Of a stretch of 18,501 bases of DNA, positions 7,089-15,184 are shown piece after piece. The notes under the pieces are model-generated. The model was not told the DNA's origin, did no database searches, and was given only the letters and a program-made list of their open reading frames with translations. The stretch is from Bdellovibrionota bacterium (GTDB lineage Bacteria; Bdellovibrionota_C; UBA2361): NCBI GenBank assembly GCA_044352465.1, contig JBILDU010000061.1:1-18501 (forward strand), in the 5' to 3' direction. Position 1 is the first letter of the stretch. Every line of letters starts with the position of its first letter. Both the position numbers and the translations under genes were made by a program.

Positions 7089-8256
7089 CCGGTACGATAG
7101 CATTCTCCGAGCGAACCATGAAGCTTTGGGCGACGCGGTAGGTGTCTGAGGTAAGATTTACCTGACGAGATATCATCGCCCCTGATGAGTCGATCAGATC
7201 CCCGAGGGGAATAGCTCTCATCGTATCGAAATCGCGTGTGACCATCACATCGGTTTGTCCCTCAAGTAACAGGGTGACCGCGCCATGCCCCAGGAATCGA
7301 GTGTATTCGATGTCGAACGATGTCGGCGCGTGGCAGCGCAGCTCGTAGCCGATATTTTTGGTAAGCACCTTAATATCAAGACCTGCCGCTGCGCAAAGCC
7401 CGCGCAGTGGTGGTGCGATAACCTCGCCGAGCTCAACGTGGGAGTAATTTATCCTTCCGAGTTCGTCGCGAGGGCATTGCTCGAGGAGCGGTGACGACGT
7501 TGGATCGAGAACGTCAAGGAGCCCTTCAGCCAGTAGGGCTACACCATATTCCTTGCCGTGTTTAGCCCGAGCAGCGATGCTTTGAAATATCATCGCCGCG
7601 ACCGCCGCGGTACTTTGTCGGTTGCCCTTAAACTCCTCGGGAATAATCGTGAGCGTTGCTCCCGCGGCGACGCCAAGACCGAGGGCGAGAAAACCGGCTT
7701 TGCGCCCCATCGATGTGACGATGAACCATCGACGGCAGGTTCGCGCATCGGTGAGAAGAGTTTTGATGATCCCGGTGCCCACCTCGCGAGCGGTCTCAAA
7801 CCCGAAGCTAGGATAATTTTGAGGGAGGGGGAGGTCATTGTCGATCGTCTTCGGTACGTGGACAACCTTGAGGCCGGGGATCTCTTGGGCGCAACGGTGT
7901 GATAGCCACGCCGAGCCTTCTCCCCCGATAACGACGAGGTGATCGATGCCGTGGGTAGCAAGTCCCGTCGTGAAGCTCTCGCGGGTAGCAAGGTCTTTAA
8001 ATGGATTGAATCGCGAGGTCCCAAGAATCGAGCCCCCATCGTGCGCGGATGGAGTAACCTCATCCACCGCAAGGTCGATTACTGAGTTGGGGAGTCCGAG
8101 GGATATTCCTTTAAAGCCACGTCGGAGTCCCTTCACCCGTAAGCCGTGGTGATGGGCGGCGATCACAACGGCGGCGATAACAGAGTTAATGCCGGGGGCT
8201 GGCCCACCACTTACCACGATGCCGATAGTCCCCTTTTGGGCCTGATGTCTGGTCAC
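7081..8256 (-). CDS. 6-phosphofructokinase (PfkA family, PPi-PFK-like clade, atypical GGEGS motif)
   Basis: GGPAPGINSVI, GGSILGTSR, IGGEGS, PKTIDND, MGRKAG, NIGYELRC motifs. Confidence 0.93.
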   Translation of the reverse strand: MTRHQAQKGTIGIVVSGGPAPGINSVIAAVVIAAHHHGLRVKGLRRGFKGISLGLPNSVIDLAVDEVTPSAHDGGSILGTSRFNPFKDLATRESFTTGLATHGIDHLVVIGGEGSAWLSHRCAQEIPGLKVVHVPKTIDNDLPLPQNYPSFGFETAREVGTGIIKTLLTDARTCRRWFIVTSMGRKAGFLALGLGVAAGATLTIIPEEFKGNRQSTAAVAAMIFQSIAARAKHGKEYGVALLAEGLLDVLDPTSSPLLEQCPRDELGRINYSHVELGEVIAPPLRGLCAAAGLDIKVLTKNIGYELRCHAPTSFDIEYTRFLGHGAVTLLLEGQTDVMVTRDFDTMRAIPLGDLIDSSGAMISRQVNLTSDTYRVAQSFMVRSENAIVPVI

Positions 8257-8468
8257 GTTAATCCCAAAAAAATAAGCAAAATCAAATTGTTATCGTTTGC
8301 CTTCGAACTCGTGATCTTTTACAGTTACGAGCGTGCAACGATGGTATTAAATGCTTCCAAGATACCTTATGACCATCCGCAAGCGTAGGCTTGTTCGTGC
8401 GGCCTCGCCGTCCGGTCAGGGGGTCCCGCGGGATGCGAGAGGAAATAGTGGCACGAAATGAGGTGGGT

Positions 8469-9704
8469 ATGAGGGGCGATTTGGCGCGGCAAAAGTCTCC
8501 GTTTTCTCGCCGTTTGATAAGGGTCTGTCTTGCGGCTTGGATAGTTGGGCAGGCGTATGTCGAGTTTGCCGCAGCCGCAGATGTGACTGGGGGATCTGCT
8601 TCGAGCGTGCACGACGTCCGTACGAACATGGCAACGGTAGCCCGCGCTTACCAGGAACTTCAGCCGTACCTTCTGTCACGCGAAAAGTTTGAGGCTCAGG
8701 AGAATGAGAAGGCGATCGCTGCGCTCTTGGAGACTCTGAGTGCAGGATTCCATCGAATCGAATCAGCTCCTCCTCGTCTTCGTCAAGAGCCGGGTTTCGC
8801 CGGCACGCTTACCTTGTTGAACGATCTGCTGGCGGATTCCCGGAATCGATTTAATGAGGGTAGTAAGGGGTACGTATTATGGCGACTCCGAAACTCGGTC
8901 GACTACTGTGTGACCTGTCACACTCGCCACGAGGTGAAAGTTGATTTTCTGGCTCCTGAACCGGAGCCAGCAGCGCTCAACAGCTATCAGCGGGCTGAGT
9001 TTCTGCTGGCAACGCGGCAATTTGATGCTGCCGCGGAGACATTCCTGAACTCGGTCCGAACCCCGCCGAATGGCCATCTTCGCATCGATGCGTTGCGTCG
9101 TTGGCTGCTGATCTCCACGCGGGTACATCCCGATCCGCGAAAGGCGTTAAGTGTCTTAACGACGTCGCGTCGCCAGGTCTCATTTTCGAAGCCGGAAGAC
9201 GAGGAGTTGCAGGGCTGGGTCGAGTCGTTGCGCCGTTGGAATAACGAGAGTCGGCTTATCGAGGTAACGCCAATTCGGCGGGCTGAACACCTCATTCAAC
9301 AGGCGCTCGCGCTCAAACAACCGCTCGTGGGACGAAATGGAACGGTGGAGCTTTTCCGGGCGACCGGAATATTGCATCAGGTGCTTGAAGATGGTCGGCC
9401 GGAAGCTACCGCTCTCCGCGCTCGGGCGCTCCGACTTTTAGGAGTTGCCTACAGCGAGATCCCTTTTCTTTTCGTAGCGGATCTCCCGACATTGTTTCTC
9501 GAAGAGTGTATCCGGGAGTTTCCGGGGGGTGAGGATGCGCGGAAAGCGTATCAACTTTATCAGCACCTGGTTACCTTGGAATACACCGGGAGTGGTGGCA
9601 CCGGTGTGCCTCCCGATGTAGAGGCGACTCTCCGGGAGTTGTACGATTTGGCTTATAAGAGCCCAGGGGAGACCGAGTTCGCGGCCTCTCCGGGACGTCT
9701 TTAA
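8469..9704 (+). CDS. Exported putative monoheme c-type cytochrome with C-terminal TPR-like helical region
   Basis: CVTCH (8907-8921); hydrophobic signal-like segment RRLIRVCLAAWIVGQAYVEFAAAA; TPR-like helices (YQRAEFLLATRQFDAAAETF; EECIREFPGGEDARKAY). Start uncertain (8391, 8433 or 8469). Confidence 0.75.
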   Translation: MRGDLARQKSPFSRRLIRVCLAAWIVGQAYVEFAAAADVTGGSASSVHDVRTNMATVARAYQELQPYLLSREKFEAQENEKAIAALLETLSAGFHRIESAPPRLRQEPGFAGTLTLLNDLLADSRNRFNEGSKGYVLWRLRNSVDYCVTCHTRHEVKVDFLAPEPEPAALNSYQRAEFLLATRQFDAAAETFLNSVRTPPNGHLRIDALRRWLLISTRVHPDPRKALSVLTTSRRQVSFSKPEDEELQGWVESLRRWNNESRLIEVTPIRRAEHLIQQALALKQPLVGRNGTVELFRATGILHQVLEDGRPEATALRARALRLLGVAYSEIPFLFVADLPTLFLEECIREFPGGEDARKAYQLYQHLVTLEYTGSGGTGVPPDVEATLRELYDLAYKSPGETEFAASPGRL

Positions 9705-9775
9705 TGAGTGCATAGGATTGAGCTCGTTGTTGCGAGTGGTATGGCTCCGGAGTAAGGTTTTTAAATTGAGGCCCA

Positions 9776-10183
9776 ATGATCTTCAGTCGAAAAGCTAAAT
9801 ACAAGCTCCCGAAGTTTCCAGGAAGTGTGATCCCGGCGTTTCGACAACTGTGCCGGGAGATTCCGGTCGATCAAGTTGACGCGGTGCGGGCGGAGGTTGA
9901 GCGGTGCATCGGAACCCTGCGGGAGCGGGCGCCTGAGCGGCCCAACCTCAACTTGCCGCTGGCGGAAGAGATTGCGGCGCGGTGTTTTGTGTTGCTCGAT
10001 CGCTTCCCGGACTATGATGTCGAGAAGCGCAAGCTTGTTATGGGAGCCGTCTCTTACTTCGTTGTTGATGGTGATGGGGCCGAGGACGACTCCTTTGCGA
10101 CGGGCTTCGATGATGACGCTCGGGTGATGAATTATGTCCTTCAGCAGGTAGGGATCGAGGACCAGTTTATCGATCTCCGTTAG
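9776..10183 (+). CDS. YkvA/DUF1232-like small protein
   Basis: C-terminal GAVSYFV..GD...D.....GFDDDARV resembles the DUF1232 Y....DxxPD...GxxDD motif. Confidence 0.7.
   Translation: MIFSRKAKYKLPKFPGSVIPAFRQLCREIPVDQVDAVRAEVERCIGTLRERAPERPNLNLPLAEEIAARCFVLLDRFPDYDVEKRKLVMGAVSYFVVDGDGAEDDSFATGFDDDARVMNYVLQQVGIEDQFIDLR
10014..10183 (+). repeat. 170-bp direct repeat, copy 1 (3' end of the DUF1232-like gene)
   Basis: Ungapped match to 13558-13727 at 159/170 positions (manual alignment). Confidence 0.95.
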
Positions 10184-10221
10184 TAGCTTTCGTTGCGCTA
10201 TCTCCTCTTTCTGTGGCCATC

Positions 10222-10340
10222 CTAGTGGTTCGACCATTAAATTCTTTCACCTGCAAGGTAATAGAATTTATGCTCACCACTAGTCCTGAGTTAGTTTTTC
10301 ACTCCGCGGGAGTGAAAAAACTTATTGGTCGAAGGACTAG
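10222..10340. repeat. CTAG-bounded palindromic repeat doublet, copy 2: unit A 10222-10283 and inverted unit B 10280-10340 sharing one CTAG
   Basis: A = CTAGTGGTTCGACCA...CTCACCACTAG; rc(B) = CTAGTCCTTCGACCA...CTCAGGACTAG. Inverted copy at 1-101. Confidence 0.92.
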
Positions 10341-10365
10341 CCGCGCTCATCTCCCGCCCGAGAAA

Positions 10366-10511
10366 GCTCCCGCAGGTAAAAAACTTTCTGAAAACGACAC
10401 TAGCCCGCATTGCCCATACTCAAATGGGCAATGCGGTTTGAAAGCGAGGTGAGGCCGACACTGTGTCGGTGGCTGTCGTGCTTCGACAAGAAAGTTTTTT
10501 CACCTGAGAGC
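10366..10511. repeat. Nested inverted-repeat (multibranch) element
   Basis: 10373-10389 pairs with 10489-10506 (one bulged C); 10394-10399 pairs with 10474-10479; perfect 13-bp hairpin 10405-10436; 6-bp hairpin 10455-10469. Confidence 0.75.
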
Positions 10512-10667
10512 CGGTCCGGGGGCTGAGCAGGTCTGATACCAAGCTGTGAAACATGCAAGCGCATTTCATGATAGCACCCCAGACCATAGCATGTTATTGC
10601 TGAGGAGGTTCACTTCATGCCGGAGTGAAAACTAAATTCTACTCCGAATCAAAACTGGTGTGGTCGT

Positions 10668-12077
10668 ATGTGGCGGTCCCGCGCTTCGTCTGTCTTCTTG
10701 TCGTTCGTCTTTGCTCTGATCGTCCACTCGTTGTTCCCCGGTAGCGGCGCCTGCGCGCCGACAGTAAAGGAGGGGGAGGGAGGTGCAGTACGAGCGATCG
10801 CTCAGGAGGCGTGGCTGTATGCTTATGCGCCGTTACAAGGTTATCAGACCCTCTACAACCAGGCGTTGAACAAAGACTTCCCCGGGTACGTAGGCGGGTT
10901 CAACCGTTTTCGACACTATTCGCGGCTCTCGACCCCTACCGACACCGATATCGTAACGCCAAACAACGACACGCCCTACTCATGGGCGTGGCTCGATCTC
11001 CGTGCTGAACCGATCGTCCTCTCGCTCCCCGCCGTACCCGCACCCCGGTATTACGTGAACCAGTGGTTTGATTTGTATACCCACAACTTTGCCTACACCG
11101 GGGTTCGCGCGACCGGGCGGGGCGCGGGCAACTACCTCTTCGCCGGTCCAAACTGGAAGGGTACCGTGCCGCCCAACATCACCGCGGTCTTCCGGGCTGA
11201 AACCGAGATTGTGGGCACCCTCACCCGAACCCAGTTAGACGGCGAGGACGATCGTGCCGCGATGCAAAAGATTCAAGCGCAGTATCTTCTTACTCCGTTG
11301 TCGGCGTTCCTCGGCGATCCACCGCCACCACCTTTACCCCCGATCACCCTTCCTGCGTGGGATAAGACGGTGGGAGAGGGAATCGGATTTATCGGGTATC
11401 TGAACGCGCTCCTCCCCTATATGCCAACCGTGCCCTCTGAAAATGAGGCCTTCGCGCGTTTCGCTACCATCGGCATCGGCGCGGGTAAGCCGTTCGATGC
11501 AGCGGCGTTACCACCCGATATGCGGGCCGCCATCGAAGCCGGCGTGGCTGACGCTACCAAGCTGCTTCAGGACACCGCCCTCGTGCAAAAAGACTCGAAG
11601 CAACTCTTTGGAACCCGCAGCAAGCTCGGAGAAAATTACATTATGCGCCGTTCCCTCGGAGCGATGCTCGGGATTTACGGAAACTCTAAAGAGGAAGCGA
11701 TCTACGGGAGCCAACAGACCGATCCCGCTGGCAAGGTGCTCGATGGAAACAAGCGGTGGGTACTCCGCTTCGAAGCGGGGCAGCTTCCGCCGGTAGATAT
11801 TTTTTGGTCGATCACCATGTATAGACTTCCGGAGCGATTCCTCGTCGAGAATAGGCTGAACAGATATTCGCTGGGCGACCGGTCACCGAGCCTAAAACCC
11901 GGGGCTGATGGTTCGCTTGAGATCTATCTGCAGAGCGAGGAGCCGAGCCCCGAGAAGATCGGCAACTGGCTCCCCACTCCACCGGGGCCCTTTTTCTTTG
12001 TAGCCCGCTTTTACGGACCCCAAGCTCCCCTCATTAACGGTACGTGGACCTTACCTTTGTTAAAGGAGATCCGATGA
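10668..12077 (+). CDS. Exported DUF1254/DUF1214 domain protein
   Basis: IVTPNNDTPYSWAWLDLRAEP, RYYV.Q..DLYTHNF, GNYLFAGPNW.G, FWSITMY, NWLP.P.GPF...R.YGP; N-terminal signal. Confidence 0.9.
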   Translation: MWRSRASSVFLSFVFALIVHSLFPGSGACAPTVKEGEGGAVRAIAQEAWLYAYAPLQGYQTLYNQALNKDFPGYVGGFNRFRHYSRLSTPTDTDIVTPNNDTPYSWAWLDLRAEPIVLSLPAVPAPRYYVNQWFDLYTHNFAYTGVRATGRGAGNYLFAGPNWKGTVPPNITAVFRAETEIVGTLTRTQLDGEDDRAAMQKIQAQYLLTPLSAFLGDPPPPPLPPITLPAWDKTVGEGIGFIGYLNALLPYMPTVPSENEAFARFATIGIGAGKPFDAAALPPDMRAAIEAGVADATKLLQDTALVQKDSKQLFGTRSKLGENYIMRRSLGAMLGIYGNSKEEAIYGSQQTDPAGKVLDGNKRWVLRFEAGQLPPVDIFWSITMYRLPERFLVENRLNRYSLGDRSPSLKPGADGSLEIYLQSEEPSPEKIGNWLPTPPGPFFFVARFYGPQAPLINGTWTLPLLKEIR

Positions 12078-13543
12078 AAAATAACTACTTCTCCCTCCTC
12101 CATGTAGTCTTTACGGCTGGGGTGCTCGCGCACACGCTTCTGGACACGAAGCCGGCTTCGGCTCAAACCGTCGACACAAGGATCGGGAAGCTCCAACTTG
12201 AGAACGGTTACCCGTCGGCCGAGGCGGTCGAAAAGCTCTACACCGAGATGGATTTCCAGCGCGCAACGCAGATCTATCTATGGGGGCTTCCTGCTGTCGG
12301 CTTCTACGGACTACGGCAGGCACACCGAAGAAACTTCGGCGCTCAAGACGGCGAGGTCGTGTTGTACCAAACTCCGAAAGATAAGGCCGGGATGTTGACC
12401 CCGAACCTTACGACACTGTACGCCTTCACCTTTTGGAACATGGCCGAGCAGGGTCCTCTCGTGGTGGAAGTCCCAGCTGGCGCCACCGCCGGTGGTGTGG
12501 ACGACATCTGGCAACGCCCTGTCATCGACACCGGCCAAACCGGCCCCGATAAGGGCCAAGGGGGAAAGTATTTGATCCTGCCCCCTGGTGCGCCCGACTT
12601 GAATCCACCGGGGTATTTTGTCGCTCGATCCGCCACGAATCAAATCTGGTTCGGGACGCGGGGGCTCTCCTCCGAGATCGCCGACGCCGAGGTGACCGTG
12701 CGGAAACACCGCATCTATGGATGGAACGATCGCGCCACCCCTAGAACCACGAAGTACATCCCGGTCGGTGGACGCGCGTGGGCCTCGTGGCAACCAAACG
12801 ACATCTCGTATTTCGAGCAGCTGAAGGAGATCTTAGACCCGGAGCCGCTGGAGCGCCACAACGGATATTTCGCTGCGATGCTCCGCTCACTCGGGATCGA
12901 AAGGGGAAAACCCTTTGAGCCAGATGAGAAACGTCGAAAGGTGCTTGGAGAAGCCGCTGTGACCGGGGAATTGATGGCGCGAGCGAATGCGTTTGCCAAA
13001 CGCTACCCCGACTCGACGGTCTTTGCCGGCACTCACTGGGAGTACGCCAATATGGTCGAACTCGATCAACAGACGAAAGACTTCTCTCAGCTCGACGAAC
13101 GCGCCTCATGGTTTTACGAGGCGATCGGCAATACCCTCGGCATGCAAGGACGAGTTGTTGGGTTCGGTCAGGTGTATCTTGAAACCGCGCGGGACAGATC
13201 TGGCAAATGGCTCGATGGTGCCAAGAGCTACCGACTCCGCGTTCCGCCGAATGCCCCGGTGAAGCAGTTCTGGTCCGTCACGTTGTATGAGAATGTGACA
13301 CGCGCACCGCTCCAATCGCCGGGGGGCACCGCGGATATCTCCTCGCGTAAGTCCGGCCTTGAGATCAATCCGGATGGTTCGGTCGATCTATTCTTTGGTC
13401 CGCGTAAACCATCTGGCTCACCGACGAACTTCGTTCAGACAGTCCCGGGTAAGGGCTGGTTCGTGTATTTCCGACTCTACGCCCCGACAGAGCCGTACTT
13501 TAATAAGACGTGGGCGCTGCCCGATATCGAGGAGATTCGCTAA
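12074..13543 (+). CDS. Exported DUF1254/DUF1214 domain protein (second subtype)
   Basis: DFQRATQIYLWGLP, LTPNLTTLY, GPDKGQGGKYLILPP, FWSVTLYE, NPDGSVDLFFGP, FRLYAP. ATG at 12074 overlaps the upstream TGA and has an AAGGAG RBS. Confidence 0.9.
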   Translation: MKNNYFSLLHVVFTAGVLAHTLLDTKPASAQTVDTRIGKLQLENGYPSAEAVEKLYTEMDFQRATQIYLWGLPAVGFYGLRQAHRRNFGAQDGEVVLYQTPKDKAGMLTPNLTTLYAFTFWNMAEQGPLVVEVPAGATAGGVDDIWQRPVIDTGQTGPDKGQGGKYLILPPGAPDLNPPGYFVARSATNQIWFGTRGLSSEIADAEVTVRKHRIYGWNDRATPRTTKYIPVGGRAWASWQPNDISYFEQLKEILDPEPLERHNGYFAAMLRSLGIERGKPFEPDEKRRKVLGEAAVTGELMARANAFAKRYPDSTVFAGTHWEYANMVELDQQTKDFSQLDERASWFYEAIGNTLGMQGRVVGFGQVYLETARDRSGKWLDGAKSYRLRVPPNAPVKQFWSVTLYENVTRAPLQSPGGTADISSRKSGLEINPDGSVDLFFGPRKPSGSPTNFVQTVPGKGWFVYFRLYAPTEPYFNKTWALPDIEEIR

Positions 13544-13557
13544 AAGTGATGTCGTCG

Positions 13558-13727
13558 ATGACGTCCAGAAGCGGAAGCTTGTTATGGGAGCCGTTTCTTA
13601 CTTCGTTGTTGATGGTGATGGGGCTGAGGACGACTCCTTTGCGACGGGCTTCGATGATGACGCTCGCGTGATGAATTATGTCCTTCAGCAAGTAGGGGTC
13701 GAGGATCAGTTTATCGTTCTCCGCTAG
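13558..13727 (+). pseudogene. Orphan 3' fragment of the DUF1232-like gene (170-bp direct repeat, copy 2)
   Basis: Encodes DVQKRKLVMGAVSYFVVDGDGAEDDSFATGFDDDARVMNYVLQQVGVEDQFIVLR*. Lacks the first ~80 codons and begins 14 bp after the upstream stop. Confidence 0.88.
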
Positions 13728-13897
13728 AGGTTGTCCGAATCTGATCTTCCCCTGCTTTGATTGACTGCCTCAGCGGTAGGCGTGTTCCGTCCGATCCCTC
13801 AGTCGCCTGATAAGTGGTACGCGACAGATGCACCCTGAGTCACCTGACCCTACGAAATACTCGTATATTCTGGGCCTGTTAGAGGATTTTCCTAACG

Positions 13898-13910
13898 TTT
13901 TTTTTTTTTT
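13898..13910. repeat. T13 homopolymer upstream of the Cys-rich gene
   Basis: 13 consecutive T ending 38 nt before the ATG at 13949. Confidence 0.9.
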
Positions 13911-13948
13911 GAACGATGCAGTTCTTACACGGGCGGAGGCGGGAGTGT

Positions 13949-14734
13949 ATGAAAGCAGCAAAAATCGTATTTCTCATCCTTTTGGCGACGTCTCTGCAAA
14001 GTCTTGCCTACGCACAGTCGGGCGCACCGGAGATGCTGAATACTCCTCAGATGTTCAACCTCATTCAAAGTGATGATCAGACCGACCCGTCGGGCGGTTC
14101 GGGTGGCCAAGACTTATGTGTCAGCCCAAAATTATCTAAAGATGGGTGTTACCAAGTGCCCACCATGTCTTTGGAGAAACTCTCTAGCGCGTTTCCGCTT
14201 GCAGGTTTGTCGCGGCCTCCATTTCTGTTGCCCAGCATACCCTCTGACCCTTACTCCCGCGGCCCCTGCGCTCCCTTGAATGAGGATTTTTGCGAGGCAC
14301 TACGGCGTATGCCGTTGCATGACGTCGAGTGTAAGGCCCTTTGGCTACCGAGACATACTATTCCACTGTTTTGCTTCTCGAATGCAGCGGCCGAGAGAAC
14401 CTGTTGTCTCCATGAGCCTCAGACTGGCTTTGCGGTTTGCAGTCCTTATGAAGATTGGTTCGAATCTGATGGTAGTCTGACCGAGAGGTTTGGAGTGATT
14501 TATCAATGGTTATGCCTGAAATATTACGGCAACTGCGAAGAGGACTGTAAGACCGCGGCGGGCTTCAGGGTCCTCTACCCTCTTTGCAACGATCCACAGC
14601 GTGGGCGGGGGGGATCCTGCCGCGGTCAGGGGGAAACAAACGAATGTATCGGTGTGAATATGCCACCTCAGGATTCTGGAAGCATCCACCCGTTAACATG
14701 CGAATGCACAATCGCAGGCTGCGTTTGGTCTTGA
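13949..14734 (+). CDS. Hypothetical secreted cysteine-rich protein (18 Cys)
   Basis: Signal peptide MKAAKIVFLILLATSLQSLAYA-Q; GGAGG/GGGAG RBS; 18 Cys counted in the mature region. Confidence 0.8.
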   Translation: MKAAKIVFLILLATSLQSLAYAQSGAPEMLNTPQMFNLIQSDDQTDPSGGSGGQDLCVSPKLSKDGCYQVPTMSLEKLSSAFPLAGLSRPPFLLPSIPSDPYSRGPCAPLNEDFCEALRRMPLHDVECKALWLPRHTIPLFCFSNAAAERTCCLHEPQTGFAVCSPYEDWFESDGSLTERFGVIYQWLCLKYYGNCEEDCKTAAGFRVLYPLCNDPQRGRGGSCRGQGETNECIGVNMPPQDSGSIHPLTCECTIAGCVWS

Positions 14735-15080
14735 GCTAACCGGCCGAAAACTAATCCATCGGATGGCATTGTATTTAGGCCGTCCGTGGGTGGCCCTTGC
14801 ACGGTCTAGCCAGAGCGCGCAGCTTCGTGAATGTGGGTATGAAGTTAAGCCTCCAAGGGCCCCGAGACGTGATTGGACGACAGATACACTAATCGTTCCC
14901 TTCGTCAGGTCGGGTGTGATTCCGCGAAGCGCCGGCTTCCTCGTCTTCCCCCGTACCTTTTGGCGCCAGAGGCAGAAGTTCTTGTTGTTGAGACGCCGCT
15001 CGTTATCTTTAATCTCCTGCGCATGTCGCCTACTTTCAAAACCGAATGGGTTTCGGGCGCCAGGTGAATCAAGTGGGTGG

Positions 15081-15163
15081 TAAAGAAACAGGCGAGGCCC
15101 AGCGTCCCAAAGGTCGCTGGAGCCCCGCCTGTTTTCCTAGGAGCTCTCCCTCGAGGGGAGAGC
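15081..15163 (-). terminator. Terminator hairpins downstream of the DsbA-family gene (possibly bidirectional)
   Basis: AAACAGGCG (15086-15094) pairs with CGCCTGTTT (15126-15134) around an inner CCAGCG/CGCTGG stem, with a TTTCTTT tail on the minus strand. Second hairpin GCTCTCCC/GGGAGAGC at 15143-15163. Confidence 0.7.
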
Positions 15164-15184
15164 CTCTACAGTGCGATTCCGCCC

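Noticed and set aside
10213..10452. 79-aa ORF across the repeat cluster
   Set aside because: Lies entirely within palindromic repeats, with no RBS or recognisable motif.
10222..10511. CRISPR array or integron attC sites
   Set aside because: No direct repeats with unique spacers and no cas genes. Units lack RYYYAAC/GTTRRRY ends, and no integron integrase is visible.
10014..13727. Diversity-generating retroelement TR/VR pair
   Set aside because: The 11 mismatches are not adenine-specific in either copy, are mostly synonymous, and no reverse transcriptase gene is in the window.
13359..13727. 122-aa ORF as a real gene
   Set aside because: The N-terminal half is an alternate frame of the DUF1214 gene end; only the last ~56 codons are the duplicated fragment.
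13910..13921. 12-bp match TGAACGATGCAG to the histone gene start (3710-3721)
   Set aside because: Too short, does not extend, and is compatible with chance.
14735..15085. tmRNA, RNase P, SRP RNA or tRNA
   Set aside because: Could not find the conserved signatures (T-arm plus CCA end, GAGGAAAGTCC, SRP loop) on either strand.
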